This document shows, piece after piece, positions 15,175-37,838 of a DNA stretch of 64,000 bases. Origin of the DNA: Amoebidium appalachense (lineage: Eukaryota; Protista; Ichthyosporea); assembly GCA_963693365.1 (NCBI GenBank), contig CAVNZM010000007.1, positions 5,329,962-5,393,961 on the forward strand, read 5' to 3'. The translations under genes and the position numbers were made by a program. A model generated the notes under the pieces. That model saw nothing but the letters and a program-made list of their open reading frames with translations, was not told the DNA's origin and made no database searches. How positions within the stretch are numbered: position 1 is the first letter of the stretch; each line of letters opens with the position of its first letter.

Positions 15175-16021
15175 CGTGTGTGTGCGTGCGCCCGCGCGCG
15201 CGCGTGTGCGTGTTTCCCCCTTCCAACACAAACACTCACACGTTTATCGCTGTGAGGCTAGGTGTTGAAACTTAGACGCAGATTGTGACTTGGGCCAATC
15301 TGAAGACGGATTCTGCCGATGTTGCATACTACGTGTCACTGACGTTGCGTAGTTGAATGCTTTTGCGTTTGCATTTGTCAGGCAACACTGTGTTTCTCAT
15401 CGTGTCATTGTACCTCGTATTCTTTTCCAAATCCTACCCCCCATCCCCCCCCCCCCCCCCCCCCCCCCCCCATGCATACTCTTCATGTATGGTTTGCACT
15501 CTGCATCGTGTTATCCGTTGTTCTTGTGTACTTCGTACTTAATGACGCATTCAACCCCCCCCCCCCCCCCCCCCCCCCGAGGATGGGTTTTGCTACTTTT
15601 GCATACCGTGTGCGTTGCTGGTGTTGCATACTTGAATGTTTGCTTTTGCCTGTGTCCGGCACCCTGTTCCTCGTCGTTTAGTTGTACTTCATAACATGTT
15701 CCGCATTCTATAAATACATGGTATACAAGCCCGAGTATTATTAAATTATCACTCCGTGTCATCTACTTCCCCATCTACAACATACACCCTTGGTTGCGCT
15801 CTTGCCTGCAAAATCCACATTGTATCGTCCGTCGTGATTGTGTACTTTGCGTTTGGTAATGCTTTTCAGTGAGGTTTTTCTTCCCCCTTCTCCCCTACCA
15901 CAAACCTCCCCCACCCCTTCAACCCCCGCTCCCCTTTGTGTACTTGGTAAAAATCTTAACCTTCCCCCTCCCCCCCCCCCCCTTCCATGTGTACTTCGTA
16001 CTCTATAACACATTCTAACTT

Positions 16022-16052
<31 letters not shown>

Positions 16053-16595
16053 TCCCCCCCTTCATCTTTTAGCGTCTGTCTGGTGCCGGTTACTGCTTTT
16101 CCGCCTCCCTGCCCCCTTTCCTTGCCGATGCGGCCTCGTGTGGGCTCAGACGGATGGAGGCACAGCCAGATATGTTCCAGGACCTACAGAGGAAGGTGTG
16201 TGTGTGCGTGTGTGCGTGCGTGCGTGCGTGCGTTCGTGCGTGCGTTCGTGCGTTCGTGCGTGTGTGTGTGTGTGTGCATGTGTGTATGTCTGTGTGTGTG
16301 TGGGGAGGGGAGAGAGGGGGGGGGGGGGGGGGGGGGAGAGGGGCTGCTTGGATGCCGGGATGTGTATCCCGCCTACAGTTTATGCATTTGTTCACTGACT
16401 TACCCTCGTGTGTGCATGCCTCTGGACGCGTGTGTGTGTGTCGTGCCAGCTAACACCTCCCCCCCCTCCCCCCCCCCCCCTTCCCCTCCTCCCAACCTTC
16501 CATCCCGTGCACAGTGCGCTTCCCCCCCTTGCCCCAACCCTGATTCCATGCACACACACACACACACAAACGCACGCACGTACGCGCACTTTCAA

Positions 16596-16627
<32 letters not shown>

Positions 16628-16996
16628 ACACACACGTACACACACGTACACAGTCGCAGTATCTCCGGCAGCTGCTGCAGGGCAAGCTGCGGTGGGTGGC
16701 AGTTGGGGGGGGATGACATTTCACCAATCATACACCTGCGTATCAGCGACAGCAGCATGCAGTACGACCAGCAGAACAGCGAACTGCAGAGGATTGTCGA
16801 CAGGGTGCGCAATTTTCCCTCTCTTTTTTGTCTGTTTGTATGATTGTATAATGTTTTTCGTGGGGTTTTTTTGTTTGTTTGTTTGTTTGTTTTCGTTTCA
16901 TTTGTTCGTTGGAGACTGAGGTGCGCGCTCGTGTGTGTGTGGTGGGTAGTGGGAAGGGGTGGGTGGGTGGGTGTGGGTATGGTTTTTTTTTTTTTT

Positions 16997-17045
<49 letters not shown>

Positions 17046-17882
17046 ACAAGATGCAGGTATGATTATCAATGTGTTCTCAAGAACCAATTTTGTGTTGTCT
17101 CATTTTCCCCCTTCATGACGGTTGGCAGGCATATGCTTGTGTTTCGAGTGAGGAGGGGGGGGGGGGGGGGGGGGGGTTGAGGTGTAACGCAGAAATGGGA
17201 GGGTTGAGTAAGAAGTCCTTGCTCTGTGTTTGTTACAGTCATGTTTGCCTGTGAATGTGGATGTGATTAGACCTGAAAGGGGGTTTCTCTTAGCTTTCCG
17301 GGTCGGGTCGGGTCAGAGGGATTTCTAGCTATGTGATTAGCGTGCTGCACATCAACTGCGCACCATCGTTTGGCCGGAAGCATGTTACAGATGCGCCAAA
17401 ATACAACAAAAAGAAAAAAGAAAAGAGAGAAAAAAGAAGGGGAAAGGGGGGAAATAATAATTAAGCGTCAGGAAGAAGATTGCAGCTCCAGATTTTGATT
17501 TATATGCTGAGCAATTGGCTTGACCCGGATGTGCTGGAATGGGGACAAATAATCGGCCTAAGAGACCCCCTTTAAGCGTGTTTTTTTTTTTTTTTTTTTT
17601 TTTTTTTTTGTTGTTGTTGTTGGGGGGGGGGGGGGGGGGGGGGGATTAATGTCACTCCATGTATTTTTGTTGCGCTGGAAGGGATGGGGGGCTGCGGGTT
17701 GACGAAGGAAGAAAAAAAGTTTGGGGATCCCCTTGTGATATCGTACTAACCTAACCCTTACCACACACGCACGCGCACACACACACACACAGAATATACA
17801 TGTCCACACGTCACACACTGTTACACACACATACACACACACACACACACAGACAATACATGCCCACACGTCTCACACACTG

Positions 17883-17970
<88 letters not shown>

Positions 17971-18100
17971 ACACAGTGCTGGGACAAGGGCCTAGCCCTT
18001 ACCCGCTCCAAGTACATCGTTGACAAGGAGGTCTTCAATCCCGCCCCTTCCATCCGCATCGTCATTTCCATCGGCCACACTGAGCAGGTAAAGCCCCCCC

Positions 18101-18137
<37 letters not shown>

Positions 18138-18431
18138 AAAAACTCCTTCCCCCCCAACCCTCTTTGCGTGCTCTGCAAAACCCCTGCTTTGTGTTGTCCG
18201 TCGTGGATGTGTACTGTAATTCTGTAACGCAACGCAACATAACTCCCCTGCCCCCCCCCCCCCCTCCTCCCCTTCCCCTCTCCCCCTCCCCCCCCCCTTT
18301 CCTCCCGCCTTCGTCACCGCCGCTGCCGTCCGGCATGCGGGTTATGTAATGATGTAGCTGTTTTCCGTTGTATCCGCATCGCCGCATTGCCTTATTTGTG
18401 GTGGATAGGTTCTTCGTATGTATACCGCAGT

Positions 18432-18475
<44 letters not shown>

Positions 18476-18792
18476 CCCACCACCACCACCACCACCACCC
18501 ACCCAGCCCTATTCCGTGCTGTCTTCATACGCTCTAGGTTTGCTTACCTCCTTGCCTATGACCATTTTGAAAAAGATTGGAAGTCTGGCATTTGTTGACC
18601 CCGTCTTCTCCCCGCCTTCTTCCCCCCCCCCCTCTCCCCCCCTCCCTCCTCCCTCCCCCCCCCCCCCCCCCCCCACCCCCGGGGTCAAAACACACTCGTA
18701 CACCACAAGCACCATGCACAGACACGTGTATACACAAACATGCACACGCGCCACCACACACACAAGATCACATGCACATGCACATGCGCACA

Positions 18793-18857
<65 letters not shown>

Positions 18858-18917
18858 CAACTGAAAAAGGCCGCTGATACGATCATCACTGTCTGCAAAG
18901 ACCTTACGTCCGAGTGA
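6015..18917 (+). CDS. SPTLC1: Serine palmitoyltransferase subunit 1 (LCB1), 14 exons, ~530 aa
   Basis: GT-AG exons with consistent phases: 6015-6221, 6983-7096, 8281-8381, 8989-9085, 9560-9632, 10610-10742, 11873-12002, 12633-12722, 14120-14227, 14986-15081, 16073-16195, 16654-16804, 17977-18087, 18858-18917. LCB1 motifs include [14 protein letters not shown] (TM), [88 protein letters not shown] and [10 protein letters not shown]. There is no PLP-binding Lys (CASMEGAL), as expected for LCB1. Exon 12 has one extra G in the G8 run at 16705-16712. Confidence 0.95.
12763..12899 (+). mobile_element. Truncated copy of the G/C-tract-associated SINE-like element (subfamily A) in SPTLC1 intron 8
   Basis: Reverse-complement match to part of the 27661 and 61250 copies (ccctgaggatgggctctgcttatgacgc...ccgcattcaaa). 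Flanked by C-runs on both sides. Confidence 0.8.
15255..16018 (+). mobile_element. Nest of at least 4 stacked, co-oriented element fragments in SPTLC1 intron 10 (about 15255-15435 old A, 15471-15554 B, 15579-15710 A, 15985-16018 B end)
   Basis: Recognisable motifs: gaaacttagacgca..gacttggg; tgtacttcgtactt..gacgcattcaa; gaggatggg..catacttgaatgtttg..ccgcattc. Fragments mostly begin or end at C-runs. Confidence 0.65.
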
Positions 18918-19613
18918 CCCATGGCAGCCCTGAAAAGTGTGTGAGGGTTGGGGGGGGGGGAGGGGGAATATGGCCTAAACCCGAGTTGCCAAGTTTGAGG
19001 CCTTTTTGGTAGGCCTGGCATGAACGAAGGTGACTGATCGAGAAAATTCAAAATCCTTTTTGAAATCCAATGCCGCAGTGCTGGCAACACTTTTTTTTGT
19101 TCCCTCTTACTTTGGTTATTTCCCCTCTTTTTGTTCGATGTAGCGAGCTGTGTGCATGTGTGTTGTGTCATACTGATGGTATCCGATTATGATATTCGCG
19201 TGTGGTTACTGGTGTGAACTCGCGATATGGGGATCTTTATTCATGGCTTTGCTAAGCCTATGCGAAATGGTAACAAACGAGTTTGTTAAGCACATCATGG
19301 TGTTGGCTAGAATTTCGTTTCTGAAAAATTTACTGCTTAACGTCAAACTTGACATCAGACTGATTCCCTTTGGCTGGGCCATCGCATCTTATTCCTATCG
19401 TAACGGTTTTCCTTCTTCTTTTTCTTCTTCATTTTTTTTTTCTTTTTTTTTTCTTTTTTTTTTTTTTTTGTGTGTGTGTGTGTGCGCGCGCGCGCGTGCG
19501 CGTGTGTGATTGAAGGGAGGACTCAAGGTGTGTGTGTGTGTGTGTGTGTGTGTGGTGGTGGTGGTGGGCGGAGGCCACGGGGGGGAGGGGGGAGGGGGGG
19601 GGAGGGGGGGAGG

Positions 19614-19644
<31 letters not shown>

Positions 19645-20075
19645 AGGAGGGGGACGGAGGGAATAGGTTTTAGAAAATGTGCAGTTGCAGTAGGGAATAA
19701 ATGTATGCCTCCGTACTGCATAACCACACCCACTCCTGGAATAGTGTGGCTGCAGGCACACTGCGCATAAGCAATCTCCAAACAAAGACTTTAAATCTGT
19801 GTTGGTTTATTGTGATGAAAACAACATGTATTTATGAGGGCCACACCAAGTTGTGAAATCCTCGGAATAGTCAAATCCTCGGAATAAACTCTGTTTGCCA
19901 ATAAGTTACGGGGAGAGGGCTACTGAAAGACACCAAAAAAAAATAGAAAAAGAAAAGCAAAGACGAAGAAAGAGAGGAATGAAATATCGTGATATATTTA
20001 GGAAGGAAAACTCGGGGAAATTTTAAATTTTGAGATTGAAATTTAATATTCAAGATTTAGGTTTGTGCGACGTGT

Positions 20076-21431
20076 TTAGGCTGTCACTGCTGCCACTCCC
20101 AGTGCATTCAGGTCAGCCACATGCAGCTTTGCACAGTTCTGGATCCGCACATTGTGCAAATACGGACAATTCTTAAGCCACGCAATATCGCTAACGTGCG
20201 GGTTGGACTCGAACATAAATTCCCGTAAATTCCCACACCCACGGAGGGGCGACACGTCCTTAAGGCCACGGGTGCTTGTGAGACACACTGACTGTAATTT
20301 CGCACACTTTGCCAGCGCCTGCACACTCTCAAGGTGCACCGCCGACGTAATTTTGATATCCGTCAAATTTTCGCACTTTTCAAGTGCCGAGATATCCCGG
20401 AGGGTGGTCGCATTTTCCATATTCAGTTTGCGTAATTTCCGGCACCAGGCCAGGGGTGCCAAATCGGTCACGGGCGGAGACATATGAAAGCTCAGTACCT
20501 CCAAGTCGGTGCATGCGGCAATGGGGCCAATTTCCGTTCCCCAAAATCCGGTAATTTCCAGTTCTTTCAGCTGTTTTGCCGTGGTCAGGCACTCGATGTT
20601 GCTCGGGCGGGGCCCACGGAAACCAAACACCTGCAGGCGGGAGAGCATGCAGGGAGTGAAATCCTGGGGAAGACTAGTTGCACTGCATTTGAGTTTGCGG
20701 AGTCTCTGAAGACGCGTTACGTCAAGGGGAACGGTGGCGTCGCAATCGAGAAATTCAAGTGCGGGGCAGTGGTGAAGAGAGATTTCTCCCTCGGCGCGAC
20801 CGAGCGTGAGCGTGCGGAGCTTGCGCAAAGACCGGAGGGAGGCCCAGCCGCTGTATTGCAGGCGGTTTCCACGCTTTGACGACGTGAATTTCACGGTGGA
20901 GAGGTTGGCCACGCTGGCCAAAGGTGAGAGGTTTACCTCGCCGAAGCACGTGATTTCGAGTGTGTGCAGGAGAGGCGCGTGTGTAGCGATGATGGGAAGG
21001 GCAGTGTGTGTGGGTGCGTTTTTCACTGACAGAGAGCGGACATACTTCAACGTAGTTAGCAATTGCCGCAAGTTGCCGGACCGTTCGTTTTCATCAGCCC
21101 CGAGTAACGGATAAGACAGCTCTAGCCGACTTATGGCACCCTTCCATGCAATCACCCCAGGGTGGAGGCCTGAAATTTCGAGAATTTCGGGTGGACAAGA
21201 TTCAGCTGGCGTGTTTGCGGCTGCGTGCGAGCACCTGTCGTTGTGTGCGGAAGCATCGGGGTGAACGCATATCACATCTTCTGAGAAGGGCGTTGTTCGC
21301 GAGACATCGTGCCACTTTTTGCATACGTGTGTGCATGTAACCCTGTCTGAAAGGGGAAGGAACGAAAACATGTGCGAGAGCACTTCGTTGGGTAGGTTGG
21401 AGATGTGAACGGAGTTTCTTGGCTGAGCCAT
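20076..21431 (-). CDS. Intronless F-box + leucine-rich repeat protein (451 aa from MAQPRNS)
   Basis: F-box ISNLPNEVLSHMFSFLPLSDRVTCTHVCKKWHDV followed by regular LRRs (LRDISALEKCENLTDIKI, LKDVSPLRGCGNLREF). ATG at 21431 is preferred over 21737 because TATATAAA (21616-21623) and CCAAT boxes lie inside the longer ORF's 5' extension. Confidence 0.9.
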   Translation of the reverse strand: MAQPRNSVHISNLPNEVLSHMFSFLPLSDRVTCTHVCKKWHDVSRTTPFSEDVICVHPDASAHNDRCSHAAANTPAESCPPEILEISGLHPGVIAWKGAISRLELSYPLLGADENERSGNLRQLLTTLKYVRSLSVKNAPTHTALPIIATHAPLLHTLEITCFGEVNLSPLASVANLSTVKFTSSKRGNRLQYSGWASLRSLRKLRTLTLGRAEGEISLHHCPALEFLDCDATVPLDVTRLQRLRKLKCSATSLPQDFTPCMLSRLQVFGFRGPRPSNIECLTTAKQLKELEITGFWGTEIGPIAACTDLEVLSFHMSPPVTDLAPLAWCRKLRKLNMENATTLRDISALEKCENLTDIKITSAVHLESVQALAKCAKLQSVCLTSTRGLKDVSPLRGCGNLREFMFESNPHVSDIAWLKNCPYLHNVRIQNCAKLHVADLNALGVAAVTA

Positions 21432-21615
21432 TTTGTCCCTCTTTTGTTTCTGTGAGTGGCGGAAGATATCTGTAGCTAAGGCACTCTGGTGTGTATGCCA
21501 AGAGAGGGATTCAAAGAAAATGGAAGCGTAACTTAGTAGAAGTGCGTCTAGATAACAAACATTTGTTGTCCAAAGCTCTAGCCCGCACATGTACAATCTG
21601 GCTGGCAGCCGCCCG

Positions 21616-21826
21616 TTTATATACCCCCGACAACGAAAGCCATCCACCAATCTAAAAGAGTGGCTCAAAGCACAGCTGATACTCTCTAAACCAATCAGCT
21701 GCTTATCTATTAGGCGCGTCTTTATTTGCATTGCCATATATGGCTAACTGGTGTAGCTCTGCAATATGACTGGTCCTTGTGTGGAGCCAATCTGACCAAT
21801 CATTTTTTACAATCGGTCTGATTGGT
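21616..21826 (-). promoter_or_regulatory. Probable promoter of the F-box/LRR gene: TATA box plus CCAAT cluster
   Basis: TATATAAA on the minus strand at 21616-21623; several CCAAT/ATTGG motifs between ~21647 and ~21826. Confidence 0.5.
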
Positions 21827-23149
21827 TGAACGCTCTAAACGATTATTTTGGAGGCTTTCCGAGATTCCGGCAGATCGACGTCAGGGTGTGAAAATTTTTG
21901 GCTAGTGCCAGTTTGGCATCTTTCCACCAGCCTGGATGGCTCTAATAGAGCCAACAACCGTTTTTAGGTGCCACTTTTCTAATGTATTTGGCCCTGTTAG
22001 GGCCATTTTTTTAGAAATGATGGACCTAGCCTCGAAAAGTTAGGGACAATTTTCGGACATTCAGGGACAATTTTCTGGCCCTAAACCCCCGATCGAAGTT
22101 CAGAATCGTGAAGGTTTTCTTTTTTAGTCGTTTTATGGCAAATGTACATGTTGGCTCATTTCCAAAGTTACGAGTGGGTGTTTGTTTTTCCATGTCATAC
22201 GGTCTGTGTGTGCATCTAAAACGCCAATGTCATACAACTTAGGCTTACACGCGTACAGTACACGGTGTGTACACGATAACACGTTGCTTTAAACTGGAGG
22301 AGTCAGTCGGCGTGCACGCACCGACAACTCATACGGTTCAGCTTGCAATTGATTGAACTTGAACTTGCAGGTACTGGTCAGCCCAGCTAAGTCAGCCCTG
22401 GATAATTCCAACTGTTTTGGGCTTGCCACATAGATTGCCACTGAGGTACACGGCTATATGACAATACAAAAGCACACAGTAGGTATACGTTGCTCAATAC
22501 ATGCCATACAGTTACTACTGTACCAAAAAACTAATATTATGGTCGTCGAACCTTTTGATGTTCGAGGGTTCGACAGCAGCACACAGTGTCAACTCCAATG
22601 CAGATGGATAGTTGACAGCCGGAACGCATGCATGTGCCAGGTTCGAACTTCATGCACATGCACACTGCATCAAAGATTAATATCGGGTTCATTCGCTCAC
22701 ACTTCTACATCTTCTTCCTTTCCCTCTTTTTCCCCTACCGTCTTGTACGTATAGCTATCTATGCCGTGGCCACCGCTTTTGGGTGGAGTATATATGTACT
22801 GGCCCGGCCACAAGAAAGGTTGAATGGATGTTCGTGTTGAATCCATTTTACATTTGTAGCCTTGCTTTGCTTTGTGATGCACGGCCTGCGCGCAGTTCTC
22901 TGTCGGTCATAATAATAAGAATAAAACCGTACTGTAGTTCATATGGGATGTGGCCCATCCCTCATAGTGTGCCAACATGGTGTCACTATGTAATGACAGG
23001 ATAATAAATAAGTGCAAGTACAATACTACATTCCGCACAGTTGGTATAAATGGTCTTGTGACATCGTTGATCATGGGCAGTTCTGCCTTCAACCCGTTAC
23101 TTGCCGAATTTGAGATTACTAGACAATATATCCCCCTCCTCGAGTTCCC

Positions 23150-23188
<39 letters not shown>

Positions 23189-23202
23189 TCCCTCCCTCCC
23201 CC

Positions 23203-23234
<32 letters not shown>

Positions 23235-23254
23235 AAAAAAAAAATCCCTCCCTC

Positions 23255-23289
<35 letters not shown>

Positions 23290-23665
23290 AAAACAGACGA
23301 AGAGAGAGAAAAGACAAGTGGGAACATGAAAAGGGGAACTAATACAGAACCAAAGTGACCAACGCGATTAAGAAGCCCTTGCACACTGTCAGGTTTGCAA
23401 GTAAAAATCGCTAAACATAAACAGGTAGCAAGCTGTAACATTCCAATCTTAGGACGAAATTTCGGCAATATAATAAACATATCGAGATTCTGAAGTGAGA
23501 TAGCCAAACCATGGGATAACATAGGGGCAGCGGTTTTTCTAATGCATCCAATGTACAGGTATTTCAAAAAAACACATGGCAGCAACATGTCATTCATCCT
23601 GTCTTCTAAATATAGCTGCAGCCTGCTCTGCATGTCAGAGACCAAACAGACACAGACACACATTA

Positions 23666-23708
<43 letters not shown>

Positions 23709-23745
23709 CAAGTCAGCCCCATCCCCACATCACACCAGAGGTCAT

Positions 23746-23862
<117 letters not shown>

Positions 23863-24006
23863 CACAGACACACACACACACACACCGAGGGAGAGAGTAG
23901 AACAAGCGCGGGGACAAAACCTCCTGCTTACCAATTCACTCCCGTTCCCAATTCATTTCTTTCTCCCCGTCTTCCACTTTTCCCACCTTTTCCGTTGCGG
24001 TATATT

Positions 24007-35074
<11,068 letters not shown>

Positions 35075-35972
35075 GCTAGCCGCACAAACTGGACAACGTT
35101 TCAATGTTGTATAAGCTCGGTTCGGTTTGACTATAACAGACTTCTTATACTCTTAATGATTGACTTGCTTTACTATGGATGTGGCGCGTTTACATCTATC
35201 TATCGATAATTGCTCGTGTGAGTAGCTTCTTTGCGTTTGTGCTCTTGGACTAGGTAGGTGAACGAGGTTGAAAATAGTGATGGTCTACTGAATTTGAAGC
35301 TGTGGCGTTTCCCTTGTGCGATGGTTAAATGCAGGCAGGCACGCCCTGAGCTACACTGTGGGGGGCAAGCACGAAAAAAAGAAAAAATTGAAAAATCCTA
35401 AACACGGCACGCTGATGAATTGCCTCGCCAAATAGCTTTTGTGTAATTGCTCGCCAAATTGCTTTCGTGTCATGTTCTGAATTGTTACAGATGCTCGTTT
35501 CGTGTGGTCATGATAAGGGTCTTGAGGCTGAGCCAAGCTTCAAGCGGCCGACGGCAGTTTGCGTGTATGTAAGCGCGGTAACATCAAAATGTGACATTTA
35601 GACGCTTTTAATGGTTCACAGCGCACCATAAGTTGTTTTAAACCCTTGATGGTATATAGAACTAATCAATTTTGTTCTATATAGCAGACATCTAGGCATG
35701 CTTGGTATGTGGCCGGGCAGCCTGAGCCTGAGGTACTGAATTGCACCCATTCATACAGTACAACGGTACTTGTATAGCCCTCTTTGGTTACACAATACAA
35801 ATACTTGCACTTATTTTTTCTTTTACGTCTTTGTATCACTCTCATGCACGTCCATGGGCACTCCGGAAAGATGTCGTCTCCTCAGGAGTACCGTGAGGAC
35901 ACACAGGCGACTGGGGTGAATTTTTCGCGGTCCGCGGGTCACGTGACACAATGATATGTGGCAGGCGCGCGC

Positions 35973-36117
35973 TGATTGGTGCGCTCTAACTCTGTCGTTA
36001 GCATGCCAAGGACAGGTCTAATGACGGCCATAAACCCACGATTCTGTTTGAAAAAGAACAGCTTTTATTTGCACGACTCAAAAGAAGGCCAGTGTTGGTC
36101 AATGAATCACATATAAA
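35973..36117 (+). promoter_or_regulatory. Probable promoter of the RING-TRAF gene within the divergent G-alpha/RING intergenic region
   Basis: CTGATTGG (reverse CCAAT) at ~35973 and TATAAA at 36112-36117, about 200 nt before the ATG. Confidence 0.45.
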
Positions 36118-36320
36118 GCCCATCCGCATCATTCACTTGTTATGAGCTTGCCACTATGCTGGCGCAAATTATTGCAGTGCACCTCATGCCTTGCACTCCG
36201 CGGAGCAAGGGTGTCATTTACCTGACATCATGCATATGAAAGCTCTCTACGCCCTCGAGCAATTGCAACCAAGCTGATTCAAGAAACACACTTTTGATTA
36301 ACATTGGGGTTCGGACCAAC

Positions 36321-37448
36321 ATGGAGAACACCAGCACGTTCGTTCGCCGGAAAGGAGGCACAGTGGCGGGTGCCGGGTACGACATTGATCGTTTTGTGGG
36401 TGATGTGGACGAAGACATGCTCTGTACGATATGCTATGGGGTTCTTAGGGACCCAGTCATGACCCCCTGCGAGCACCATTTCTGCCAGGGTTGCCTGGTT
36501 GACTGGTTGGGTAAGGAGGCATACTGCCCTCTGGATAGAAAATATCTTGTGCCGGAAATTCTGGTTAAACCGGCTCGGTTTTTTCTCAAGGCGCATTCAA
36601 GCCTTGTTTTACACTGCGACTATCTAGCTCGTGGGTGTGACGACGTTTTCACCCTGGGAATGCTTCCGGCGCATGTTGCCTCTTGCCCGAAACGTCCGGT
36701 TACCTGCACGAATGATGGATGTGGTGCAAACGTGAACGCAGACGAACAACGAGAGCATGAACGAAGGGCGTGCGAATACAGGACTGAGACTTGCAGGCAC
36801 TGCAATTCATCTGTGATGGTGTCGCACCTGCCACGGCACAGAAGCGAATGTGCGGGGAACCCTCAGAGGTTAAACGGCGTAGGCGACAACAACGGGACGT
36901 TGGGTGGTGTGATGTCTTCTTTGGACAGCCCCAATTCAAGCTTTCGTAATGGTATGGGGAATAACCATGAACAAGGATACGAGTCGTCATTTAATGACGG
37001 GGGCTCTAGTTTTCATGGGGATGGTGAGGTGGACTTGAGCAAAGAGCTGGCCAGAATGGAATTGCTGTTGATGCAAATTGGGCGGGGACAGGCGGCCCTG
37101 GAGGCGAGAGTTGATAGGTTACACAGGGACACAAAGTTCTGGTCTACAGATGTTATGAATTTGCAAGTGGCGGTGAGCAAAGAAGTGGAGGATGTGAAGA
37201 GGGAGGTGGTGAGATGTGGGCTGGTCTATGCACTCGCAGGAGATGCTGCCCATGGGGAGAATGGGGTGTGTGAGAAGGGTGGCAGAGGGTTTGAGATGGG
37301 GTTCGGGGAGGGGCATGGGGAGGGAGAGAGGGAGTGGGTGGGGGGCAGGTGGGAGTTGTCGTTTGTGGTTGTGTTTACTATGGGTGCTGTGTTTGGGTTG
37401 GTGTTGTATCACCTGTTGGGGTGTGTGCCCGGCGTTTTGGGGGTGTAG
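36321..37448 (+). CDS. Intronless RING-HC + TRAF-type zinc-finger E3 ligase (RNF41/NRDP1- or RNF151-like N-terminus) with coiled coil and C-terminal TM segment, 375 aa
   Basis: GYDIDRFVGDVDEDMLCTICYGVLRDPVMTPCEHHFCQGCLVDWLGKEAYCPLDR (C3HC4). TRAF-type fingers CDYLARGC..HVASC, CTNDGC..HERRAC, CRHC..HRSEC. Hydrophobic tail LSFVVVFTMGAVFGLVLYHLLG. Confidence 0.9.
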   Translation: MENTSTFVRRKGGTVAGAGYDIDRFVGDVDEDMLCTICYGVLRDPVMTPCEHHFCQGCLVDWLGKEAYCPLDRKYLVPEILVKPARFFLKAHSSLVLHCDYLARGCDDVFTLGMLPAHVASCPKRPVTCTNDGCGANVNADEQREHERRACEYRTETCRHCNSSVMVSHLPRHRSECAGNPQRLNGVGDNNGTLGGVMSSLDSPNSSFRNGMGNNHEQGYESSFNDGGSSFHGDGEVDLSKELARMELLLMQIGRGQAALEARVDRLHRDTKFWSTDVMNLQVAVSKEVEDVKREVVRCGLVYALAGDAAHGENGVCEKGGRGFEMGFGEGHGEGEREWVGGRWELSFVVVFTMGAVFGLVLYHLLGCVPGVLGV

Positions 37449-37777
37449 TGTTTTATATTCGTTGTTATGAGCAACAGGACTCCTTTTGGTGGGGGGGGGG
37501 GGGGGGGGGGGAGGGGGGAGGGCGCAGGGGGGGGGGAGGAGGAGGAAGGTAGCAATAGTTATCTCGTCCGAGCATTTTTTATGTGGCTTAGGTATGTGGA
37601 GTTCTACACAGTTTGCGAGTTTATGTACATACTCTCTCCCTTGGATAATCGAAAGCAGGAACTTCCAATAATATATTATATCGGATTTTACTTTCCCTCT
37701 GCTTGGGGGGGGGGGGGGGGGGGGGGGGGGAGGGGGGCACCTTGCTGTATTGGGCATAGTGGTGTTGCGTTGATGAC

Positions 37778-37838
37778 AGGGCCTCCTTTAAGTTTACTTA
37801 TAGGAGGAGGGCCTCCTTTAAGTTTACTTATAGGAGGC
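37778..37838. repeat. Two tandem copies of a ~31-bp hairpin-forming unit downstream of the RING gene
   Basis: agggcctcctttaagtttacttataggagg twice; each has cctcct/aggagg arms. Confidence 0.8.

Noticed and set aside
21432-21737. 102-aa N-terminal extension of the second F-box/LRR ORF
   Set aside because: The region contains TATA and CCAAT motifs and looks like promoter/5' UTR. F-box domains normally lie near the N-terminus, favouring ATG 21431.
22755-22818. Exon-like segment encoding IYAVATAFGWSIYVLARPQE
   Set aside because: Plausible splice sites, but I could not link it to a start exon or a recognisable protein.
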